64,000 nucleotides of DNA from the human T2T-CHM13v2.0 reference genome, Homo sapiens, in the NCBI RefSeq assembly GCF_009914755.1, contig NC_060926.1; one strand, given 5' to 3'. The notes beneath the pieces were generated by a model. The model was not told the DNA's origin. It saw nothing but the letters and a program-made list of their open reading frames with translations, and did not search any database. Of the stretch, positions 12,989-26,278 are shown piece after piece (the first letter of the stretch is position 1; every line of letters starts with the position of its first letter). The position numbers and the translations under genes are program-made.

Positions 12989-13878
12989 GTTATGGCAGCA
13001 AATATAAACTCATCAAACTGTATTATCACGCTAGTCACATCTCTCCATCTTGTCTGTGACACCAGAGACTCTCAAAGTGGCTGGCTGAAATCAATATTCA
13101 CTCTCTATCTGGCATTCCCTTCATGTATCAGACGAATGATCCCATCTAAACAAGAAAAAGACTTGTTCTTAGAGGATCCTTTCTGTCTCCCATTACTCAC
13201 TGCTGCCTTATTATATGTTCACAAATGTCTGCTTAATATTGCTTCTAGAATTCCTCAGAAACTGACTTAAGCTCACCCATCTGTAGTTTCCAAACCATGC
13301 TTTCCCCCTTGAAAGCTGGGACATGTTTGTCAAAATCATTTACAATCTTCTGGCATCCTATTCTCCTTGATTCACAAAATATTATCTAAAGTGGTTCCAC
13401 AATCACATCTGCAAGTTCCTTCCGTGCCCAGGAGGCGTAAAGGCATTTTTTTAGTCATTCTCATTATCTCTTCTATCTTGGGTTTTAATGTCTCCTAACC
13501 ATGTTTATTCTACCCTTTCCAACTTAAAGATCATTTTTCCTGATAAAGATGATAAAATCAAAATAGAAGTTGAGCAGTTCTGTTTTGTCCATGTCATTTG
13601 TTTACTCTATACCATCTGTTCTAAATAAGGCTATGTCCTTTTTTGTGGGGAGTGCTCCAAATAGTATTGTTTTAAAACTCTTATATACAGGCAACCACAC
13701 TTTCTGGTTCACCTCAGGCACTCTGGTATATACTGTCTGCCCTGGGGTAAATACGAATAGAGGCCTCTTTACTCTGAAAAGTGTCTGGTTTTTTGAACAG
13801 CTGGTTCAATAAGTAAAGCTGAAGAAATGGTAAAGCACTCCACAGGGTTCATGGGCTCTCAGGTCTTCCACACATTCA

Positions 13879-14262
<384 letters not shown>

Positions 14263-15509
14263 TTACTAGTTCTATGACCACAGGATAAGTTACCCAATCT
14301 CTTTAACTCTCAGCTCAACTCACTGGAATCTCTGTGCCTATTTAATACTAAATGCATGATTAAAGCACATAGCATTTACACATATCACATGATAAATGCT
14401 CAAGACCAATTATCATTGCCAATATTACTATCAGTGTTATTAACTCCCTCAACCCCTCCACAGCAACATGGTATCTGTGACTCTCTATTGGTGCAGTTTG
14501 TCCTTCCTTTTCAGAATGTCACATCTTGTTTTCTCACCAATCTCTTGCTACTGGTTTAAACTCAATGCTACCTCCCCACAATCTCGTAAAGTCTTTCTCA
14601 TCTTGACAAAGAAATCTTTGTCTTCACTAGAAATCTGGAATACTCCAAGGAAGTTTCTTCTCTGGCAAAGAAGCAACCAGCATTTATAACAAACATAATT
14701 TGTGAGCTGCTCTGGAAAGAAATGCAAACGTGTATTCCATGAATCCCTCAGCAACTGTCTTTCCTGGAATCAAGATAAACTATTATTCTTCATGGTTCCC
14801 TTGGGAACACACTCTGAAAACTTAGGAGACTGCAACTCTCAAATAGCTTGAGTAAATCACCCTAGCTAGAAAATAAAATGACATTAACTTTCTGAGAAAA
14901 GGACTGACCCAAGGCATATTCAAATAGGGGAATCATAAAAGGGACCACACAGGAGAAAAATGAGTGATAGCTACAGTTTTAGTATCAACTACAAAAACAG
15001 TAACCATTTACTGAGTAACTAAGATATGCCAAGAAATGGCATACCAGGCATTTTATAAACATGATTTCATGGATTCTTCTCAACAATTTTGCTGGAAATT
15101 GAGGCTCAGAGGAAGCACTTGCCCAAGGGACATAACTAGTAAATGGCAGGTACAGCACTTACCACGGGTCTTCTGCACTCTAAGTTCAAGCTCTTTCAGA
15201 CATACCATGCTACGTGTATTTTTTTACTGAAGGTGCTCCAAACTAGTTTTTGAGACAGTTAAAAATAAAAGGACATCATGAAAAAAGCAAAAATAATATT
15301 TACATACATTTTAGAAAAAAAAATATATAAACATTGTTGGTTAAGTGGATAGCAGACCTTTAATTAGCAATTTTGAATGATGAAACAGCCACATAGGTGC
15401 AATGCTTCTGGCCAGGGCAGCTCATTAGGGACTCAGTATCCGAAGTCTTTCTTTTTTTTTGGATGGCTAGCCATGTATACACACTGTATAGCCTCTACCA
15501 AAATTACAT

Positions 15510-16520
<1,011 letters not shown>

Positions 16521-17499
16521 AGCCAGCGTGGTTGTTGTTTTAAAGAAAATGGTATGTCCTCATTTCTTCCAAATCCAAGGCAAGTTAGCAAAGGCATAAT
16601 GAGAAAAAGAGGTCTAATTTTCATTCAGAGGCCACATCAGTGCTCCATCTGGACAAAGAGTCAGCCAAGAAGCCAACTGCCAGGAGTGGAAGATGACCAC
16701 TTCCAGGATCTGGCAGAGAGACTTTGCAAGTGCCTTTGAAAGAGGACAATGAAAATGTATCTGGCATGAAACACAGCAGGATCCAAAGAACAGGCTTTGA
16801 TATTGCCAGTCATGATGCGTGTCTTTAAGATCACAGATAACGTTCTGTGTAACAACAAACACAAAATGCCTATGACTAAGTGTATCCTTCTGATCCACTC
16901 GTGTGCAGTTAGAGAACACCCAAGGGGTCCCACACACACACGTGAAGGGGACACTCCCAACCCATGAGGGAAACACACCCTCCATCCTCCTTTGGTTCAA
17001 CCCCAGCCTCCGAGAACAGGTAATTTCATAGGAGCTTGCTCAGCTCTGTGTTATCCACAAACTTGTCACCTTTATAGTCACTTGAAGAAGTTGGAAAAAT
17101 ACAGTGAAAGTCCTGGTGCTACAACAGAGATGTAGCCTATGCCAGATAAGCTTTACATGTGTTACCTCATTAGTCACTCAACACAGGGTGATCATCTTAC
17201 AGGAAGAGATACTGAGGCACAGGAATGTCAACTTGCCTAAGGTCACAAAGCTAGAAGGAACAAAATAGGGCTTCAAACCCAGTCATTTTGGCTCCAAAGG
17301 CTATGCCTTAACCACTGTGCTAAGCGCCGCCTGCTTAACCGGGCTACCTTTTCCACCACAATTTCTCATCCCTTCTGAAAGATGGTCACAGGTGTTGCTG
17401 AAATACAGGTAACACTATAGATATATATCAGCTCTCTGAGCTATTAGATAAATGATTTAAATATTTATTTTTATTTAAAAATATTTAAAAATTCTACTT

Positions 17500-18190
17500 A
17501 AATAGAATTTTAAATAGTTTTACATTTAGGGGTACAAAAACTTTACAAAGATAGTGCAGAGAACCCTTGTATACCCCTCACCCCCTGGATACCCCTCACT
17601 TGGTTTATTCTGTTGTTACCATTGACATTACTACGTACATCTGTCACAATGAGGGAGGCAACACTGGTATGATACTATTGACTACACGCTACACTTTCTT
17701 TGGATTTCACAACTTTTTTCCCCTTAATGTCCTTTTCTGTCCCAAGATCCCATCCCACTACGTTTAGAGCTCATGGCTCCTTTGCCTGGCCTGGTCAGTG
17801 ACACTTTGCTCAGACTTCCCTTGTTTTCGATGACGTTGATGGTCTTGAGGAACACTGCCAGGCATTTGGTAAAATATCCCTCAATGTAGGTTTGACTGAT
17901 GCTTTTCTCACTCATCACTAGACCCAGATTATGGGTTTTTCAGGTCACAGAGATGAAACATCCTTCTCACCACATCCTGTCAAGGTGTGACATAGTCGAT
18001 GTGAACTGATCACTGGGATGAGAAACTGTTTGCCAGGTTTCTCCACCTCTAAGTTACTTTCTTTCCTTGCCCTAGTGTGATGTTTGAAGCTAAGTCCCAA
18101 AGTGCAGCCCATGCTGTAGGAATGAGGAGTTAAGCTCCATCTCCTTAATGGGGAGTAACTATATAAATATAACCTTATTTTTAATGATGG
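17500..18190 (-). mobile_element. L1MC/MD-type 3' UTR fragment
   Basis: ctcagacttcccttgttttcgatgacgttgatggtcttgaggaacactgccaggcattt motif. Confidence 0.7.
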
Positions 18191-19856
18191 TTAATCCGTA
18201 TGGCATTAAAAAAAATAAAACAACATGCCAAGTGACAGTGTACGGCCCTTCCCTATTGTTGCTGACTCTGCAGTGGCTGTAATGGCTTCCTGATCATCTT
18301 TATGTCTCAGAATCACAGGAGGTAAGAAGCACTATCTCCAAGGTGACAAAAAAGTAAAACAACTGGCCAGCATGGAAAGAGGGAAGTCCATTCCATTCTA
18401 GATGATGTTTAACAAACAACAGGAGTCAGAGAAAGGAGAAAAAACTATCCCATGATGGAGGCAACACATGCTGCATGTTTGTATGGGCAGGTATTAAACT
18501 GGAAGTTTCAAGTAAGTTTCCAAGCAATGACAGATATAAATTTCCAAAGTGAGGTGCCAGGCTCTCCAAAGGAGCTTTTCAAAGTTAATGTGTCATAACT
18601 AGATTCATGATTTTTTATACCCCGACCTACTCTGAGTGAGAAACAGAAGTCAACAGAGAATTTTGTTTTTCTTTGAGGGGGAAAAAAAGAGCTGTGCTGT
18701 GATCCCCTCCACCATCACCAAAGAGATGGGTAGCACAGTGGAGGGGGGGGGGGGGGTGCCGACTCTCAAGTCCACTGACAGAGGCTTCAAAGCAGAAATG
18801 CACAGCACTTGATATAATTTCCGTAGAATTTTGGAGGCCTGCTGGACTGGCAGCTGGTACACAGCTAAAAGATAGAGGCTAGCTAAAATTGCACTGGGAA
18901 GGACCTGAACTGCATTCTCCCTCTGAAGTGGAGGAAAGGCACCTTAATTTGGGAAGCCAGATGTAGAATTTATGATGGGGATGTCGACCAAGGTCATCCT
19001 GCCCAAGAGATTTCTTCCAGGGGGTCAGATGGACCCAGCAGGGTCTGGATGAGGCAGATCTCATAAAATCAGAAGCTGCGAGCAATGTGGGAGCAAGGGA
19101 AGGCAAGGCTGCCAGAGTAAGGTGGCTGCAGTTGGAGGGGCCCAGCAGAGGAGCACACGGAGTGCCCATGTGGAAGGCCCTTTAAAACCAGCTCAGGCTT
19201 CCAGAAGTATGGCAGACTAATACTCTTGTTGTTTTACTGTCTACCAGTAATGAATGAATGAAAACCAATTATTATTGTTTTGTTGGGTTCAGAGGAAATG
19301 AAAAAAAAATGTCTACAGGGGCAAAAAGGAAAAGGAACAAACAGTAACAACCAAAAATCCCTGGGCAGTGAGCCTCAGAAAAGGGGAACGGTCCTGTGAG
19401 GACATGTGGTGATCTCACGTGATCTCTGGGAGGCTGGGCCTCAGCTCTGCGGCTGGGTGGGGGAACTAAACTAAAATTCCGGGGTTACATGGCAGCATCT
19501 GGAAGGCAATGGAATTGTCTCAGGACCGCAGTACCCCCGCAGGACAGCAGCACCCTATGACTACTGGCAAAAGCAAAAGCAAATACTCTGAGAAAAGCAT
19601 CCTTGACTTAGGCCCCAAGACTTTTTCTACAATTAGGATCAACCAAATATGAGCTAGCAATTAAGGTTTACTAAACAGACAGGGAAACGAAACATCAGGA
19701 GTGAGAGAAAGAACAGATGCAAAGTGCCAAGGACTTCAGATGCTTCAGTTACCAAATACTGACTATAAAATAACTACATATGAAAGGCTAAAGAAGTAAA
19801 AGACATAATCACAAAAATAAATAAGTAACAAGTGACTATCAAAAATGACCAGGCAG

Positions 19857-20163
19857 GGCTGGGTGCAGTGGCTCACGACCGTAATCCCACCACTTTGGGA
19901 GGCCAAGGCGGGTGGATCACCTGAGTCCAGGAGTTCAGGACCAGCCTGGCCAACATGGTGAAACCCCGTCTCTACTAAAAATACAAAAATTAGCCAGGCG
20001 TGGTGGCACTTGCCTGTAATCCCAGGTACTCGGGAGGCTGAGGCAGGAGAATCACTTGAACCTGGGAGGCGGAGGTTTCAGTAAGCCAAGATCGCGCCAC
20101 TGCATTCCAGCCTGGGCAACAATGAGCGAAACTCCATCTCAAAAAAAAAAAAAAAAAAAAAAA
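19857..20163 (+). mobile_element. AluS (Sq/Sx-like)
   Basis: Full dimer with a perfect 16-bp TSD aaaaatgaccaggcag. Confidence 0.96.
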
Positions 20164-20174
20164 TGACCAGGCAG

Positions 20175-20315
20175 TTTCAGCTTTGCAAACTGAAAAGAGC
20201 TGTGGAGATTGGCTGCATAACAACGTGAATGTACTTAATATTAACTGAACTGCGTACACTTAAAAATAGCGAAGATGGTGAATTTTATGCTATGTGTATT
20301 TTACCACAATTTTTT
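20175..20315 (+). mobile_element. 5'-truncated L1MB-type 3' end
   Basis: acaacgtgaatgtacttaat...aactgcgtacacttaaaaatag...aattttatgctatgtgtattttaccacaat. Confidence 0.8.
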
Positions 20316-20697
20316 AAATGACAAGGAAGATTTTAAAAGAACTAAAACTTTTTAAAATAAAAACTATGATTATTGAAATAAAAAAATTTGCTAGCAAGAT
20401 TATACAGCATTTAGTCAAAGCTAAAAATAGAATTAGTGAATTGGAAGGAAGAAATGAAAAAATTACCTAAAAGGCAATACAGTAAGACAAGGAAATGAAA
20501 AATATAAAGAAATGTTAACCTAAATGGAGAATACAATGAGAAGGTCCAAAATATGTCTCATCGGAGACCTAGAAGAAAAGAATAGAAAGGAAGGAGGAAA
20601 GGGAATATTTAAGGAGATGATAACTGAGATGTTTCCAGGAGTGTTAAAAGACATAAATCCACAGATATACTAATCAGGGTAAATGAAAAGAAATTCA

Positions 20698-21024
<327 letters not shown>

Positions 21025-24000
21025 CTAGGTGATTGTCATAAAACTGATAAACAACAATGATAAAGAAAAGAGATGTTAAATTGCAACAAGGCCCAGAAAA
21101 CACAAAGCCAGCATATGACCAGACCCAGTGAGAAATCCCTTCTATTTCTTACTATCACCTACCCCTCCTCTACTCCTTTTCTCCCCAGCATTCACTCAAT
21201 GAGAAAGAGTAGCTGGAGCGGGTGGGGAGAGTATCAATATGACACTAAACCTACCTCCTCCCACATAATCTGGATGGATGCCTACAGCCATGTCTTCAAT
21301 GGGCAAGGAAAGTCTTACTTTCGCATAAGTGAAATTTCTGAAGTTCTCATTAACATATTAATATTCTTGACTGAATATCTGAATTGCTACTAAATTAAGA
21401 TGGTGTGTTTTCAACTTAACACAACTGTCCAATGTAGGAAGAAAGAGAGACATGTGAGTTAGCCTTCCTCAACAAAAAGCTTGTGATAAATTCCTGTTAC
21501 CTATGCATTGCAAGTTGCAGAAGAAACCAAGTCTATCTCTCACCATTTGCTTTCCCAGGGTCAAAAACCACAATCATCTTGATAAACAAGGCCTATGCAA
21601 ATACAAAAATACATCGTCATGCAGCGATAATTTCAATGCCTGCACTCACCTCCATCCCATTTCTAATATGCAACGTATTAACTGCCAACTCATTGTGAAA
21701 AGCATCTACGCTGTTCTCTTTTTTATAAATTCTATAGATTCATTATGATTAGATACTCTCCATATACATCAGCTAGCCAGAAAAGGGGAGGAGATAATGA
21801 ATAATACCCAAGGGAAGGAAAATCCCTTTTTCAGCTGGTTTAAGTCATGCCGATAATGTGCACACAGCACTTTGCATTTACCATAAAGCTTTTCAATTAG
21901 TTCATAGACAAGTTAACCTTCTAACTCCCAGAAAATATAATTCACGCACATTTTATACCACACAGCATCCTGCTAGCTATTATCCATCATTTACAAGTGT
22001 TATTTGTCTATAAAAATGACACTAAAGTTTTGAAAAACGAGGCTGCTCTGCCTTCTTCTGGCTGTGTTTTAACAAATGGTATCAATGCAAAAGGCTTATA
22101 AAAAGTCATATAAAAAGCAATTAGTCAAAAGAGCAATAAATTTTTTTAAAAGGATATAAATGACTGCCTGTCTAGATAGCCAAATGTCTGAAGGCTGATA
22201 CACAATGAAATAAGGGTTAACATAAAAGAGTACACTTCATTATTTATTGTTAATAAAGTTAATCAAATTCAGTTCTTCTTACGCATGCATTTAAACAGAA
22301 ACACAAGTACGATATGCATATTTATAGAAAACAGCCCTAAAGATCATTATCTCTAAAAGAAAATCCAGCAAAAAGAGATGCATAAAATGTAGCTGTTACC
22401 CTTTTACAACATAAACTGTTTTGCTTAAAACACAAACATTTATTTTAAGTAAAACTATTAAACTAAATAATATTTTCCACAACTGACAACCATGACTAAA
22501 ACATGAATTCTAGGATTAACATTAAAATAATTTTGGGACAGAGGGAAACAGAACCCTTCCATTTTTCTTTTGCTGGTATCTTATCCACCTACACTAGTTT
22601 TGTTCTTCCACTCAAAAATCTATTCTCAAAAGATATATTAGAATCTTTTTAAAACAAAATTAGATAAGCATAAGCTCATCAATCAGCAATTTCTAAATGC
22701 ATTATCTTCAAGTAGTTTGGTCTTTTATGTCACTTATCTGCTTAAAATTAAGTATAAAAGAGTTTCCAAGAAAAGAAGATATAAAATTAACTTCATTTCA
22801 TAATAAGTTCTCCAATCATGCCAGCAGACAGCTGACATTATTACAGCTCACACTTATAAATCAGTGATTATATACACTAGTTAAGCAAGAAAAGAAATGA
22901 AGAAGGCAATTATATAGTGGTGAAATTCCCAAGAAGCACATTTGTAGTCAATGTTGCTAAACAGTAGTTCACTCGTGGTTAAAATAAAAGCCCCCTCCCC
23001 CTGCCAGATATTTTTGGGGTTGTGAGTTTTGAGGGGAAGAAAGTAGAAACTCTATGCAATTTGTTTTACAAATAAATTAAAAAGCCAGCAAGAAATCAAT
23101 GAACTGTAATTTTAACTCATTTTACTGTTTACTTTGGAGCTGAATTCTAAAACTTCCATATGACATTAAGCTATAAAATAGTACTGAATCAAACGGAGAG
23201 TAGAATACTTTGGAGGAAGGGGTGGTATCTGAATATCTATAGACATTTGGTAATGAACGAGCCAGTGACGAATGAAGACACAGGGAACTGAGCTGAGCTT
23301 GGTTTCCACACCCTCTTCTGTTCCCTGCCACTTGAATAAGAGCCAAAATGCCACTTCTAATCTTATTTTCCATTTCTTAAATGTGTTTTATTAACTCCTC
23401 TTTTATTGCAAAGCTAAATATTCTAATTGGCACATTATAGACATACAGCTACTAGATGTCAATTACACTTTAATGTGTTTGTAATGCTCTGCAGCAGTGA
23501 GGTTCTGGCAGACCCAGTGAGGTCCCATTTATTTCTTCACTTGTAATAATGGCATGATAATACAACCTGAGTAGTGCATCAGAACACAGTAGTTAGCATC
23601 ACTGCAAGAGAAACACTCTCTTCCATCTTAGTTATATTGCTTTGAAGAAATCAGATATCCTTTCTACTCATTCAAAAGGAGAACCGAACAATGCTGATTA
23701 TTCCTGAAGGACCTTTTGATTTTCAAAGCATTTGCTAGTAATCTGTTAATTAATCCACGCAGCCCCTCCGCAAGGAAAACTAGAGGAGAACTGCGCAATA
23801 CTGTACTAACATTTTAGAGACAACAACAGGAGGGGACAGATATTTGGAGAACCTGACAAAAGTCTGAGAGCTTCTACAAACACAACCTGCAGAAAATGTC
23901 ACTTGATTCATATCTTCAACTCCAGGGTTATGCCCTGAAGGAAATGCACTCATGATGATGTGAACTGCAATTCGTGGACTTGTATCTTCATCTAAACCAT

Positions 24001-25249
24001 CTTACCCATAATTCATTCCCCCTTACCTAGCACACTTTAAGATCTGTTCATGCTTCCACATAGTTAAAAAAAAAAAAAAAAAGGTGGGGGGAGGGTGTAG
24101 TTCAAAAGACAGACAGATAATCCTAAACCCCTTTCGTCCCAGGACTTAGAAAGCTTATTTTTTCCAGTCCAATATACAGCCAAAGGAAGGAGCAGGATAA
24201 TCTACAAGGGAAAGTGCCTCTTATCTGTTTCCTTCCTGAGAACAAATGGACCAAGCATACAGATGTGAGTGTACACATGTGTGCACACATGTGCCCCTCT
24301 CAAAGTGCATCTGAAGTAAATTAAAAGAATCCTTTCTGAGTGATCAGTCTGTTCCCTGAAAGGTCAGAATTTTCTGGTAAATATTTTTTATAACTCCACC
24401 CTGTCTAAACAGCAACAACGACAACAAAAATTTTAGCTAAAAGCATGCTTGAAGAAGAGTCTAAATTCCATTGATAAGCCAATAGTGGCATTAATAATAA
24501 TGGCAATTAATAATGCACACTAGCATGATGTTGTTTTCTGTAGCACATTTTTCTAGATATCTTAAGACTCTCGGTAGCCCATATTTTTATCATCCCTCTC
24601 CATGAGGTAGGGCAAGGGTACTTATTATCCCTATTTCACAAGAGAACTATGTCCTAGAAAATTAAAAGACTTGTCTAAGCTCTAAACTGGTAACAAGGCA
24701 GAGACATGAATTTGGGTCTCCAAACTCTCTGCTAACTAAATAATGGCCCAGAAGACATACAAAAGTCAACACAAACAGAGTGCCAGCTGTTATTTACACT
24801 GCCTACAATAAATGTTTGTTCCAGAAAAAATAGTTCAAACAAGATGAGAAATAGTTTAAACACAAAAGGCTGAAGGGTTCAATATAGGAGAAAAAATATG
24901 TTTGCTTTTAATACAGTGGAGGAACTGTTCAGGAACAGTTTGTTCTTCTGTAAAGGCTGGCCTTGTTGTACTGCCGAAGGCCGCAAGATCACAAGCTACG
25001 AGGAATTGAGACGCCAGCTCGCTTCGGCACAACCAACTTCTCTCTTAATGCTCTAAGTTCCTGTCTTCTTCATAGCTTTGACCTGAACCATGAATGATCT
25101 TTTTGACAAACAAAATTTAAATGTGTGTTATAAACAGGGAGCAAGTGTCCTAATTTTGATACAGGGTGCTAAGAAATACAGAAAACAAAGGAAATTAACT
25201 GGGAGATCCAGGGAGGCTAAGAAACAATCTGCCACTGGGAGAAACAGCC

Positions 25250-25712
25250 ATAGCTTCTGATGAGCTAGGAAGATTTTGTGGTTGATATCACAGCTGTTTG
25301 TTGAGGCTGTGGTGGGATTTCTTTTTCAAGAGGGTGAAGGGAGATTTGAACTTGGCGCCTGACACAATTATCCTAAAGTAGGAAAGCCTCAGTTGGAAGA
25401 GGATGAGTTTCTTTAAATAGCCCAAAGGCTGTGATGCGTAAAAAAGGACTTGACTTATTCTGGATAGCTCCAGAGGGCAAAACTAGCAAGTGGCCAGCAG
25501 GAACACACATACTCAGAGTAGAGCAGAGCTTGCTAATAATTAGGACTGCCTCATCCATAGCAAGGAACACTCAGAGGCTCATCTCCTCTGAACTACTTCC
25601 AGCTGGGACTCCCGACGCCCACCATCAAGGATGCTGGGAGGGAAATCCCACATTAGTAAAGATGATGGACAAGATAAACGCTAGGACTCTTTCAACTGTT
25701 AGGATTTGAGGG
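25250..25712 (+). mobile_element. L3/CR1 (or MIR3-related) 3' fragment
   Basis: gacttattctggatagctccagagggcaaaactag...aggactctttcaactgttaggatt. Confidence 0.5.
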
Positions 25713-25837
25713 TGATTTTCAAGGTCCCCATGACAGTCACTTCCAGACTATGAGGTGGAGAGTCACACAGAACTGAGTCCCAACCTCAGTTCTATCACTT
25801 TGGGTATTTTTTTCTCCTTAGATGGTAACCAAACCTT

Positions 25838-26059
25838 GTATTTTTTAAGTTTTCTTTGAAGTTCAGGGGTACATGTGCAGGTCTGTTATACAGTAAACTT
25901 GTATCATGGGGGTGTGTTGAACAGATTATCTTGTCACCCAGGTGTTAAGCCTAGTACTCTCTAGTTATTTTTTTTTTATCCTCTCCCTCCTCCCAACCTC
26001 CACCCTCCAACAGGCCACTAAAAGAACAAGATCATGCCCTTTGCAGGAACATGGATGGA
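25838..26059 (-). mobile_element. Short L1PA element with 5' inversion, inserted in a MIR
   Basis: Minus-strand L1PA 3' end (ggggtacatgtgcagg...ccaccctccaacaggcc) joined at 26016/26017 to plus-strand L1 sequence (aaaagaacaagatcatgccctttgcaggaacatggatgga). ttctatca(c/t)tt flanks both sides. Confidence 0.8.
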
Positions 26060-26090
26060 TTTCTATCATTTTTTTTAACTGTGTGATACT

Positions 26091-26278
26091 GAGTGGCTCT
26101 GCCACCCAAGTGTGACCTCCAAATCAAGGTGTTTATTAGAATCAAATGGGGAAACTACTTAACTCTAAAGATAATCAGATCTATACCCCAGAACTTCAAA
26201 ATCTTACCCTCCAGAGGGGGGTCCAGGAATGTCCATTTTTTCCCATGAGTTGCTAGCAGTCCAATTTTGGAAACCACC
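26091..26278. mobile_element. MER5-like element within the same MIR
   Basis: gagtggctct...ttagaatca...ttttggaaaccacc ends. Confidence 0.5.

Larger units (their letters stand above)
11620..13620 (-). mobile_element. Ancient L3/CR1 LINE fragments interrupted by younger elements
   Basis: Degenerate CR1-like motifs (ggctcatattgagtctgcagttaac; catctctccatcttgtc; ggctgaaatcaa; tctggcattcccttc). Confidence 0.5.

Noticed and set aside
16629-17019. Possible plus-strand exon (ttttcattcag ... cag|gtaatt)
   Set aside because: Splice-like motifs of this strength occur by chance; no other support.
18743-18756. Poly-G run
   Set aside because: Simple homopolymer with no supporting context.
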